A stretch of DNA of 13,857 bases. Origin: Candidatus Eiseniibacteriota bacterium. GTDB lineage: Bacteria > Eisenbacteria > RBG-16-71-46 > JABDJR01 > JAWXBZ01. Position numbers and translations under genes: made by a program. Position 1 is the first letter of the stretch. Every line of letters starts with the position of its first letter. The DNA lies in contig JAWXBZ010000255.1 in NCBI GenBank assembly GCA_034440375.1, positions 1 through 13,857 on the forward strand. Reading direction: 5' to 3'. Below are positions 6,735 through 13,857 of this stretch, one piece after another. The notes beneath the pieces were generated by a model. The model had not been told where the DNA came from, did not search any database, and was given only the letters and a program-made list of their open reading frames with translations.

Positions 6735-7528
6735 ACTCCCCGGCGATCGGCGGTCGTCTCACCGCAACCGACATTTCGTTTGCCTACCATCCGGGTGCCG
6801 CCGTGCTGAATGGCGCCACGCTCGACATCCCGGCCGGCGCCTTCCTCGGAATCGTCGGCCCGAACGGCGCGGGCAAGAGCACGCTGTTGCACCTGCTGTC
6901 GGGGGCGCTCAAGCCGTCCGCCGGCGGTGTCCGGCTCGACGATACACCGCTCCAGAACTGGAAACGCCGGGACATTGCCCGGTGCATTGCGGTGGTGCCG
7001 CAGGCGGAGCCGCACACTTTTCCCTATCGCGTCAGCGAAATCGTCATGATGGGGCGCACGCCCTGGCTTTCCGGGCTTCTCTCCGCAGAGACCGCCAACG
7101 ATCACGCCGCGGTTCGTCGCGCGATGACGGCCGTCGGCATCAAAGACCTCGCGTGTCGCCCGTTGGGCCAACTCTCCGGTGGCGAGCGGCAGATGGTCCT
7201 GGTGGCCCGCGCGCTGGCGCAGGAGCCGAAGATTCTGCTGCTGGATGAACCGACCGCCTCACTCGATCTGGCCCATCAGCAATCGATTTTTCGATTGCTG
7301 GTGCGGCTGAACGAGGAAACGGGCCTCACGGTTGTCATCGTGACTCACGACCTGAACCTGGCCGGCCTCTATTGCCGGACGCTGGCCGTGCTGCACGGCA
7401 AACGCATTGAGGCGCTTGGAACCCCGGCCGAGGTGCTCACCCCCGCGCGATTGGAATCGGTGTACGGCGCCGCGCTCTGGGGGGCCACATCACCGGCGGG
7501 GGCGCCGATCGTGGGATTGACGCGATGA
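6731..7528 (+). CDS. ABC transporter ATP-binding protein (BtuD/FepC/HmuV type)
   Basis: Walker A GPNGAGKST, signature LSGGERQ, Walker B LLLDEPT, H-loop VTHDLNLA. ATG 6731 overlaps the upstream stop (ATGA). Confidence 0.95.
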   Translation: MNSPAIGGRLTATDISFAYHPGAAVLNGATLDIPAGAFLGIVGPNGAGKSTLLHLLSGALKPSAGGVRLDDTPLQNWKRRDIARCIAVVPQAEPHTFPYRVSEIVMMGRTPWLSGLLSAETANDHAAVRRAMTAVGIKDLACRPLGQLSGGERQMVLVARALAQEPKILLLDEPTASLDLAHQQSIFRLLVRLNEETGLTVVIVTHDLNLAGLYCRTLAVLHGKRIEALGTPAEVLTPARLESVYGAALWGATSPAGAPIVGLTR

Positions 7529-8535
7529 GCCGCGATCAGGCCATTCATCCCGGACGGGTTCTCGTGCTGCTGATCGGGATCCTGCTGATCGTCATGATGG
7601 CGGCGCCATTGATCGGACCGACGCCGATCTCGCTGGAAAAGGCGTTCGATCGATCGATACCGATCGATCGAAATGTGGATGCCGTGATCTTCTTCAATAC
7701 ACGACTCCCCCGGATCCTGTTCGCCGCGCTGGTCGGCGCGGCGCTGGCCGTGGCCGGCGCGGTGTACCAGGCACTCCTCCGAAACGACCTGGCCACGCCC
7801 TACACCCTGGGCATCTCGGGCGGTGCTTCGTTTGGCGCGTTGCTTGCCATGCGCTGGCTTCCCGCCGCGTTGGCCGGCTGGAGCGCGGGTGTTGTCCCAC
7901 TCGCCGCTCTGGCCGGCGCTTCGCTGGCCATGTTTCTGGTCACCATGCTGGCGCGGCGCCCCACGGTTCACGACCGGACCCACACGCTGCTGCTGGCCGG
8001 CGTCACCCTCAATCTGCTTTTCAGCTCCGGCATCCTGATCGTGCAGTACTTGTCCGACCCGCACCAGGCCTTCGCCATGCTCCGCTGGATGATGGGAGGC
8101 CTCGACGTGGCCAACCTGACCTTGCCGGCCGCGCTCAGCCTGCCGCTGGCCGGTGCGTTTCTGATTCTCATGACCCGCGCGCAGGCCCTCAACGTCATGT
8201 CGATCGGCGATCGAACCGCCACCCACCTCGGCCTCGACGCCGACCGCGTGCGCCTCGTCGGATTGTCCGCCGCCTCGTTCATGGCCGCACTGGTGGTTGC
8301 CTGGGCCGGTCCCATCGGCTTCGTTGGGCTGGTGGTCCCCCACCTGTTGCGCCGCTTCGTCGGCCCCGACCATCGCGTCCTGCTGCCCGCCGTGGCGCTC
8401 GGCGGCGCCTCGTTCCTGGTGCTCTGCGACACCCTGGCCCGAACCATCGCCAATCCGCTGGAACTGCCGGTGGGGATTGTCACGGCCGCGATCGGCGGGC
8501 CGTTCTTTCTCTGGGTTTTGTTTCGGCGGGGGTAG
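7525..8535 (+). CDS. FecCD/BtuC-family ABC permease
   Basis: Motifs RLPRIL, QALLRNDLATPYTLGISGGA and GPIGFVGLVVPHLLR, ELPVGIVTAAIGGPFFL. ATGA-coupled to the ATPase. Confidence 0.95.
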   Translation: MSRDQAIHPGRVLVLLIGILLIVMMAAPLIGPTPISLEKAFDRSIPIDRNVDAVIFFNTRLPRILFAALVGAALAVAGAVYQALLRNDLATPYTLGISGGASFGALLAMRWLPAALAGWSAGVVPLAALAGASLAMFLVTMLARRPTVHDRTHTLLLAGVTLNLLFSSGILIVQYLSDPHQAFAMLRWMMGGLDVANLTLPAALSLPLAGAFLILMTRAQALNVMSIGDRTATHLGLDADRVRLVGLSAASFMAALVVAWAGPIGFVGLVVPHLLRRFVGPDHRVLLPAVALGGASFLVLCDTLARTIANPLELPVGIVTAAIGGPFFLWVLFRRG

Positions 8536-8620
8536 AATGTCGGGGCCATGCGATTGGAGTGATGGGTCGCGGCCAGGTCAGGTTCGATGAGGAGAGACCA
8601 TGAACAGCACTGATTTCCCC

Positions 8621-9154
8621 TCACAGGAGCCGGGCGGAAATCTTCGTCACGGTAGCCCAGTTCCGGGTGGTGGCCGACTGCCCGAGCTTGCCGAGCAGGG
8701 CTTCGGCGGCCCGGCTCTCAAGGATACCGTTCGGGCACCAGAGGTACATCGCGTGCTCGCCGAGCAGCATTTTCTCAGGCGGCTTTACCAGTGAGGCCAG
8801 ACCGGCCAGCGACTGGAGCGCACCGGCTTCGCCCGTGAAGGCCACGAGCAGCCGTGACGGGTCCGTCGCAATACTGGCCAGCCGGTTCCCGGTCTGGATG
8901 GCCGCCATCTCGGCAGCCGATTTCACGATGACCGGCACATCGATATTAAAGGATTCGTCAATGGCGGCCCGAATCCGCTTCGCATGGGATGATGTCGAGC
9001 CATCGGCGCTCTCAAATATTGCATTGCCGCTGTTCAACAGTGTCTGGACGTCGCTGTAGCCTGACGACGCGAGCAGTGCTCGAAAGTCGGCCATCGGCAC
9101 CCGCTTGGCGCGACCGACGTTGACACCACGTAACAGCGCCACAAAGCGGGGCAT
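8621..9154 (-). CDS. DUF1697 domain-containing protein
   Basis: Motifs VALLRGVNVG….VPMADFR, VQTLLNSGNAIF and C-terminal T.RNWATV.KI. Confidence 0.92.
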   Translation of the reverse strand: MPRFVALLRGVNVGRAKRVPMADFRALLASSGYSDVQTLLNSGNAIFESADGSTSSHAKRIRAAIDESFNIDVPVIVKSAAEMAAIQTGNRLASIATDPSRLLVAFTGEAGALQSLAGLASLVKPPEKMLLGEHAMYLWCPNGILESRAAEALLGKLGQSATTRNWATVTKISARLL

Positions 9155-9229
9155 TCAGGTGACCCTGCGTTCGGAACCGGAGTTACACACGTCCTGATGA
9201 TTCCACTTGAGTTCTCCGTCGCGCCGAGT

Positions 9230-9463
9230 TCACTTTTCCGACGGGACCGACATGGCAAACGACTCCAGGAAGCCGCACGAGTTGCACCGATACGTCGTGA
9301 CGGGAAACTGTTGCAGGTCCTTGATCTTCAAGCCGGTCCAGAAACTCGGGATCGGCTGGCCGGGTAGCCAGGGAGCCTGCGCATACCCGCCATGTGTCTG
9401 ATCCAGCACGAAGCCCGCCTCCATTCGACTGGAGCACTTCGGGCAGTTTGCTGATTGGGTCAT
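9230..9463 (-). CDS. Small zinc-ribbon protein (PF20097/DUF6487-like, 77 aa)
   Basis: CPKC…MEAGF and YRCNSCGFLESFA. Start reassigned to ATG 9463 (RBS AAGGAG; ATGA overlap with the upstream stop). Confidence 0.8.
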   Translation of the reverse strand: MTQSANCPKCSSRMEAGFVLDQTHGGYAQAPWLPGQPIPSFWTGLKIKDLQQFPVTTYRCNSCGFLESFAMSVPSEK

Positions 9464-9672
9464 CGTGTCTCCTTGTTGCTGCAATTGAACATCCACCGGA
9501 CGCCGAACTGGTCGGTCAGGCTGCCAAAGTAGTCGCCCCAGAACATGTCCTGCATCGGCATTTCGACTTTGCCGTTGGCGGACAGATCCATGAACAGGCG
9601 GTCCGTCTCGGCGCGTGTGTCCGGCTCCAGATTGATGTACACGTTGTTTCCCTGGTTCACCGTAAAGCCCAT
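9460..9672 (-). pseudogene. C-terminal half of a VOC/PhnB-like (glyoxalase superfamily) protein
   Basis: GNNVYINLEPDTRAETDRLF..LS.NGKVEMPMQDMFWGDYFGSLTDQFGVRWMFN is the second half of PhnB-type proteins. The 'PYL.F.G…A..FY' first half is absent, and the in-frame upstream sequence hits the ICMT stop after 7 codons. Confidence 0.75.
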
Positions 9673-9693
9673 CGTATCGGGGGGGCCTCCCGG

Positions 9694-10164
9694 TCAGATC
9701 CAGCGCCGGACACGCGCCCGATAGTCGCGATAGAGTTGCCCGAACTTCACCTCAAGATACCGCTCCTCGCGCAGCACGACGCCGAAGTGGATCACGCCAA
9801 GCATCACGACCAGGATCGCGAGGCCGGCCCACTCGTTCAGGATCAGCGTGACTCCGAGAAATATCGTCGAGATGGCCACATAGAATGGGTTTCGGGTGAA
9901 GCGGAAGGGGCCGCTGTCGACAATGACCGTCGTCGGCTTGCGAGGATTGATGTTCGTCCCCGCCGACACCATGGTTCGCCGCGCCCAGCCGAGGAGCGCG
10001 ATGCCGGCGATCACCACCAGAATCCCGGGGATGAACAGAACGCGCGTCGACACGATCGGCAACGGCTTCAACAGGTGCGCGGCGATCAGAACGGCCAGGC
10101 CGCCGAGATAGAGGAATGGCGGATGGACGAGGACGCCGGGATGGTCGTTCGATTGGCTGCCCAT
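9694..10164 (-). CDS. ICMT/PEMT family membrane protein, copy 2
   Basis: Same motifs and length (156 aa) as copy 1; about 101/156 identical by manual ungapped alignment. RBS GGGAGG. Confidence 0.92.
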   Translation of the reverse strand: MGSQSNDHPGVLVHPPFLYLGGLAVLIAAHLLKPLPIVSTRVLFIPGILVVIAGIALLGWARRTMVSAGTNINPRKPTTVIVDSGPFRFTRNPFYVAISTIFLGVTLILNEWAGLAILVVMLGVIHFGVVLREERYLEVKFGQLYRDYRARVRRWI

Positions 10165-10184
10165 GAGCCCTCCCGTGGCATCGA

Positions 10185-11066
10185 TCAGTTGCTGCTGCGA
10201 GGCCTCTGAATCGTCAGCAGGATTCCAGCCAGGATCATACCTCCCGCCACGGCCAGGCGCGGCGTGGCCGGCTCCCCCAGCAGGAGGATACCCCCGACGG
10301 CCGCGATTACCGGAACCGCTGTCTGGACCAGGGCCGCCCGGGTGGCGGAGAGTCCACGCAGCGCGGCGTACCAGACGACGTAGCCGAGGGCCGAGGTAAC
10401 GGCACCGGAGATCACCGCCAAGAGGAAGCCGGGGCCGCTCCAGCTTTGATGGAGGGAGGCCGCCATGCCGGCCGGCAGACCGTGTGCCGGGCCGTGATGG
10501 CGAACGACCAGCACGATGGCGCCGAGTCCGGCCGCCATGACCGACGCGCGGGCGAAGTTACCGGCCGTGTCCTTCAGTGGATCCGTGGAGCCCCGACCGA
10601 TCAGCGAATAGAAACCCCACCCGATACCGGCGATGGCCATCATCATGGCGCCGACCATTGATGGGGCGACCAGCCCCGGGCGAACGAGCAGGTAAAGGCC
10701 TGACATCGCCAGGCCGACGCCCAGCCATTCGAGGGGCCTTGGATGTCGCCCGGTGACGATTGATGCGCCGATCATCGTGAGTTGGACCGCGGTGAAGGCG
10801 ATCAGGGCTCCCGTGCCGGTCGTCAGTTCGACGTAGGCCAGCGAGAAGGGCGCCGCGTAGAGGAACAGCATGGTGGCGGCCCGCCACGAACCGCGCCAGG
10901 CACGGGCCAGGAGAGCCAGTACGAGCGCGCCCGAAATCAGCCGAACGATGGTGTAGCTGATCGGATCGATCCAACCACGGCCGAGCGCCATTCGGCAGAG
11001 GAGCGAGTTCGCCGCGAAGGAGCCGAGTGCCAGAAGGGTCAGGAGCGTGAGCCGGCCGCCGCTCAC
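10185..11066 (-). CDS. DMT/EamA-family transporter, copy 2 (293 aa)
   Basis: Colinear with copy 1. Start reassigned to GTG 11066, which overlaps the ydeI stop (GTGA) exactly as in copy 1. Confidence 0.92.
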   Translation of the reverse strand: MSGGRLTLLTLLALGSFAANSLLCRMALGRGWIDPISYTIVRLISGALVLALLARAWRGSWRAATMLFLYAAPFSLAYVELTTGTGALIAFTAVQLTMIGASIVTGRHPRPLEWLGVGLAMSGLYLLVRPGLVAPSMVGAMMMAIAGIGWGFYSLIGRGSTDPLKDTAGNFARASVMAAGLGAIVLVVRHHGPAHGLPAGMAASLHQSWSGPGFLLAVISGAVTSALGYVVWYAALRGLSATRAALVQTAVPVIAAVGGILLLGEPATPRLAVAGGMILAGILLTIQRPRSSN

Positions 11067-11547
11067 TTCTTCGTGTACATCCAGTGCCTCGACTTTCCTT
11101 CCTCCAGCCACTCGATGGCGGTCAGGAGGCGCTTCTCGCGAGTGGCCTCGGACTTCGCCCCGCCGATCCACTCCATGTACTCACGCTGGTGACTGGGGCT
11201 GAAAGCGTCATAGGTGGTCCTGGCCTTCTTGTTGCGCTTCAATGCCGCGGCAAGCACCGGCGGCATCGAGATCTCTGGACGAGGATGCTTGGGCTTTTCC
11301 TTCGGGTTCTTGATCCCCTGCTCGTTCAGCGTCATCGCCTTCCGGATCAGGCCGAGCATGACCCGATCCGACGGAAGATCCTTTCGTGAGGCCAGGCAGC
11401 CGAACATCCCCATGGCTTTCACTTCAGCGTTTCCTCGCAGTCAGGGCATGCCTGGTGGACGAGCTTGCGGAGATGCTTGAGAATCGGCTGCGCGAACGGT
11501 GCGGACCTGGCGATGTAGGCGTCAACACGGGGATCCCTGGTCGGCAT
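11063..11547 (-). pseudogene. YdeI/OmpD-associated family protein, copy 2, split by an internal deletion (N-part 11419-11547, C-part 11063-11422)
   Basis: ATG 11547 gives MPTRDPRVDAYIARSAPFAQPILKHLRKLVHQACPDCEETLK*, the canonical N-terminus, with TGA where W is expected. It is joined out of frame to KAMGMFG…, and the FWK-containing middle seen in copy 1 is missing. Confidence 0.85.
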
Positions 11548-11551
11548 GGCA

Positions 11552-11986
11552 TCATCTCCCGGATGGTGGATACATCTTCTTCATGTAGGCCACCGATCCG
11601 GTGACCATCTCTTCCAGGACCTTCATGTCGATGTCCTTGAGGCTCTTGATGTACACGCAGACCTTGCCCGAGGTGTACTTGCCGAGCTTGGCCATCAGGG
11701 CCTCGTAGCGGGGGAAATCGGGCGTGATGTAGACCACCAGTTTTGGTCTCCGCGGCGAAAACCCGGCGATGGGGGCATCCCCTTCGTGGCCGGAGGCATA
11801 CTTGTAGTGATACGTGCCGAAGCCGACGATGGTGGGGCCCCACATTTTCGGCGACTCGCCGGTCACCGACTTCATGAGTGCGACGATCGCCCTGGAGTCC
11901 TTGCGAAGTGTCTCGTCCTCGATCGCATCAATGAACCTGGCGGGACTTACGTCGGTGGGCTTTGTCCTGGGTTCATACTTCGCCAT
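11552..11986 (-). CDS. DUF1801 (YdhG-like) domain protein
   Basis: Motifs PKMWGPTIVGFGTYHYKYASGHEGD….GFSPR and LGKY..GK.CVYIK.L.DID..VLEEM. RBS AGGAGG. Confidence 0.92.
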   Translation of the reverse strand: MAKYEPRTKPTDVSPARFIDAIEDETLRKDSRAIVALMKSVTGESPKMWGPTIVGFGTYHYKYASGHEGDAPIAGFSPRRPKLVVYITPDFPRYEALMAKLGKYTSGKVCVYIKSLKDIDMKVLEEMVTGSVAYMKKMYPPSGR

Positions 11987-12058
11987 GTATCCCTCCTGGC
12001 AGATCGATCGGCGGCACGGCCGGCGGTGGCTGATGGTGGGTGGAGAATAACGCCGGAC

Positions 12059-13261
12059 CTACTCCCCGCGAAGCGCCTCGACCGGGTCCATCCGCGAGGC
12101 CCGGATGGCCGGGGCGACGCCGGCGCCGAGGCCAACGACCACGGCCATGCAGAGGGCCGCCGCCACGACGGACGGCGGGGTGACCGTCGACAGCCCCGGC
12201 ACGAAGGTGGCCAGAAGATAGGCACCTCCCATCCCCACGACGAGACCGATCAGGCCGCCGGCGGCGGCAGTCACGGCGGCTTCGAACAGATACCAGCCAA
12301 GGATCTGGCCGCGCGTCGCGCCGATGGCCATGGAGAGGCCAATCTCCTCCGTCCGTTCCTGGACAACGATCCACATGATGGTCAGGATGCCGATGGCTCC
12401 GACCAGGAGGCTGATGGCCGCGATGCCGGTGACGACACCGGTGATGATTCCGAGGACCCGGTTGACCATGGCCATGGAATCCTCCTGCGTGGTGATCGTG
12501 AAATCCTCCTTGCCGGTATGCCGGTCGGTGAGGACCACACGGGCGCGTTCCACGACCGGAGCGATGTCGGCCGGTGTGGCCGCCAGGAGGTCGATCTCGT
12601 CCAGTTCGGGTCGATTGAAGAGCCGCATGGCGTTCGCGACCGGTATCCAGGCCGCGTCGTCGAGGTCAAAGCCGAGCATCTGCCCTTTCGATTCCATGAC
12701 CCCAATGACCCGAAAGCGATTCTGGCCGATCCGGACGACCTCGCCGAGGGGATTCGCTTCGGCGAACAGTTCCCGCGAAAGCCTTGGTCCGAGGACGACG
12801 ACCGGCGAACCGCGATCCCAATCCATGGCGGGGAGGAACTCGCCGACGGTCACACCCATCGACCAGACCCGGGGCACCTCGCTCGTGGCGCCGTATACGT
12901 AGACCCGCCGCCCCCTGTTACCGAACTCGACAATGGCCGAGCCGTAGGCGTTCGGCATGGCCGAGGCCACGCCCGGCAACCGTGAGAGTGCCCGGGCGTC
13001 CGCAATGGTGAGCGGGCGGACGCTGCCCCCCTGGATGCCGCCGATGCCGGCCGTCTCCGTCTTGCCCGGCGTAATCAGGATGATCGTCGTGCCGAATTGC
13101 GAGAACTGGCCGACGATGTAGCGGCGCGTCCCCTCGCCGATCGAGGCCAGCAACACCACCGCCGCCACACCGACCGCGATGGCCAGCGCGGTCAGTGAGT
13201 AGCGGAGGCGATGGGCACTGAGCGCCTCGAACGTCAGTCCGAACAGGTCGGATGGATTCAT
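12059..13261 (-). CDS. MacB/FtsX-family ABC transporter permease (400 aa)
   Basis: RYSLTALAIAVGVAAVVLLASIGEG, a periplasmic domain, and ISLLVGAIGILTIMWIVVQERTEEIG…MDPVEALRGE. Start reassigned to ATG 13261, just after the upstream permease stop. Confidence 0.93.
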   Translation of the reverse strand: MNPSDLFGLTFEALSAHRLRYSLTALAIAVGVAAVVLLASIGEGTRRYIVGQFSQFGTTIILITPGKTETAGIGGIQGGSVRPLTIADARALSRLPGVASAMPNAYGSAIVEFGNRGRRVYVYGATSEVPRVWSMGVTVGEFLPAMDWDRGSPVVVLGPRLSRELFAEANPLGEVVRIGQNRFRVIGVMESKGQMLGFDLDDAAWIPVANAMRLFNRPELDEIDLLAATPADIAPVVERARVVLTDRHTGKEDFTITTQEDSMAMVNRVLGIITGVVTGIAAISLLVGAIGILTIMWIVVQERTEEIGLSMAIGATRGQILGWYLFEAAVTAAAGGLIGLVVGMGGAYLLATFVPGLSTVTPPSVVAAALCMAVVVGLGAGVAPAIRASRMDPVEALRGE

Positions 13262-13268
13262 GGGCGGC

Positions 13269-13857
13269 TCACATCCGGCCCCGGAGCGCGTCGGCCGCCG
13301 ACAGGGCCGCGGCCCGGCGGGCGGGGAGAAGCCCGAAGATCGATCCCGCGGCCAGTGAAAGCGCGAGCACGACACCGATCCAGACGGGGCTCGGTTCGAT
13401 GGGAAAGTTCGGCCAGAGGCCGGCGGCCACCGCGATCAGGGCGACTCCAAGCGCCACGCCGATCCCGGCGCCGGCCACCGACAGCGTCAGGGCCTCGACG
13501 AGGAAAAGGTTCAGGATCTGTTGCCGACGCGCGCCGATCGCCTTGAACAGGCCCACCTCGGCCGTCCTCTCGGACACGGACACCAGCATGACGTTCATGA
13601 TGCCGATCCCGGCCACGGCCAGGCTGATGGCCGCGATGCCCGCCAGCGCAACAGTCAGGTTATCGATGATGTTGCCGAACGTCTTGAGCATGGCGTCCTG
13701 GGTGATCAACGTGAAGTCCTCGTCGCCGTCATGGCGATCGAGCAGAACGCCGCGGACCTGCGACTTGGCCGCCTCGATGGCGCTCGGGTCGACGGCCTCC
13801 ACCATGATCCGGAAGAGGCTCGACTGATTGAAGAGTCGGAGGCCGGTGGCCACCGGC
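13269..13857 (-). CDS. MacB/FtsX-family ABC transporter permease, 3' part (start lies outside the window)
   Basis: ISLAVAGIGIMNVMLVSVSERTAEVGLFKAIGA…FLVEA…PARRAAAL. Confidence 0.93.
   Translation of the reverse strand, partial: PVATGLRLFNQSSLFRIMVEAVDPSAIEAAKSQVRGVLLDRHDGDEDFTLITQDAMLKTFGNIIDNLTVALAGIAAISLAVAGIGIMNVMLVSVSERTAEVGLFKAIGARRQQILNLFLVEALTLSVAGAGIGVALGVALIAVAAGLWPNFPIEPSPVWIGVVLALSLAAGSIFGLLPARRAAALSAADALRGRM

Larger units (their letters stand above)
3954..11547 (-). repeat. Diverged direct duplication of the ydeI-DMT-ICMT module (3954-6064 and 9694-11547)
   Basis: Same gene order, strand and GTGA coupling. Manual identity counts: ICMT about 65%, YdeI C-terminal 117 aa about 71%. 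Confidence 0.9.

Noticed and set aside
7647..7670. Run of CGAT/GATC repeats (CGATCGATCGATACCGATCGATCG)
   Set aside because: It lies within the permease frame (FDRSIPIDR) and is short, so codon usage explains it.
9160..9169. TGACCCTGCG shared with 1805-1814, both intergenic
   Set aside because: The match is only 10 nt and the flanks diverge, which is too weak to call a repeat.
8536..9700. Integron cassette array (small same-strand genes and TA genes)
   Set aside because: No RYYYAAC…GTTRRRY attC-like sites were seen in the spacers, some genes are translationally coupled, and there is no integrase in the window.
11546..12985. Long 479-aa plus-strand ORF (similarly 7369-8373, 9394-10209 and others)
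   Set aside because: These are antisense to well-supported genes, have no recognisable motifs, and are expected in high-GC DNA.

Overview
High-GC bacterial genomic window; the first ~1.7 kb is visibly lower in GC. The left end holds two tandem secreted parallel beta-helix protein genes on the minus strand. The complete one ends in a TTWxxLK tail that I associate with Eisenbacteria/Latescibacterota/Krumholzibacteriota-type surface proteins (taxon is inference only). Next is an ECF sigma factor / putative anti-sigma / orphan HigA operon, divergent from a DUF6249-like membrane protein, with two identical back-to-back promoter motifs (TGCAACC-N13-CCGTGTCC) between them. A YdeI/OmpD-associated protein - DMT(EamA) transporter - ICMT-family methyltransferase module occurs twice as diverged paralogs (3954-6064, 9694-11547). 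Between the copies lie a BtuFCD/FecBCD-type ABC importer, DUF1697, a zinc-ribbon protein and a VOC fragment. DUF1801 and two MacB/FtsX-type permeases are at the right end. Four apparent deletion scars occur within ~7 kb: a BrnT toxin reduced to its tail, a head-to-head junction of 5'-truncated ydeI and btuF-like genes, a 5'-truncated VOC gene, and an internally deleted ydeI. I saw no transposase, integrase, tRNA, rRNA or CRISPR array. Family assignments come from recognising motifs by eye, not from database searches.
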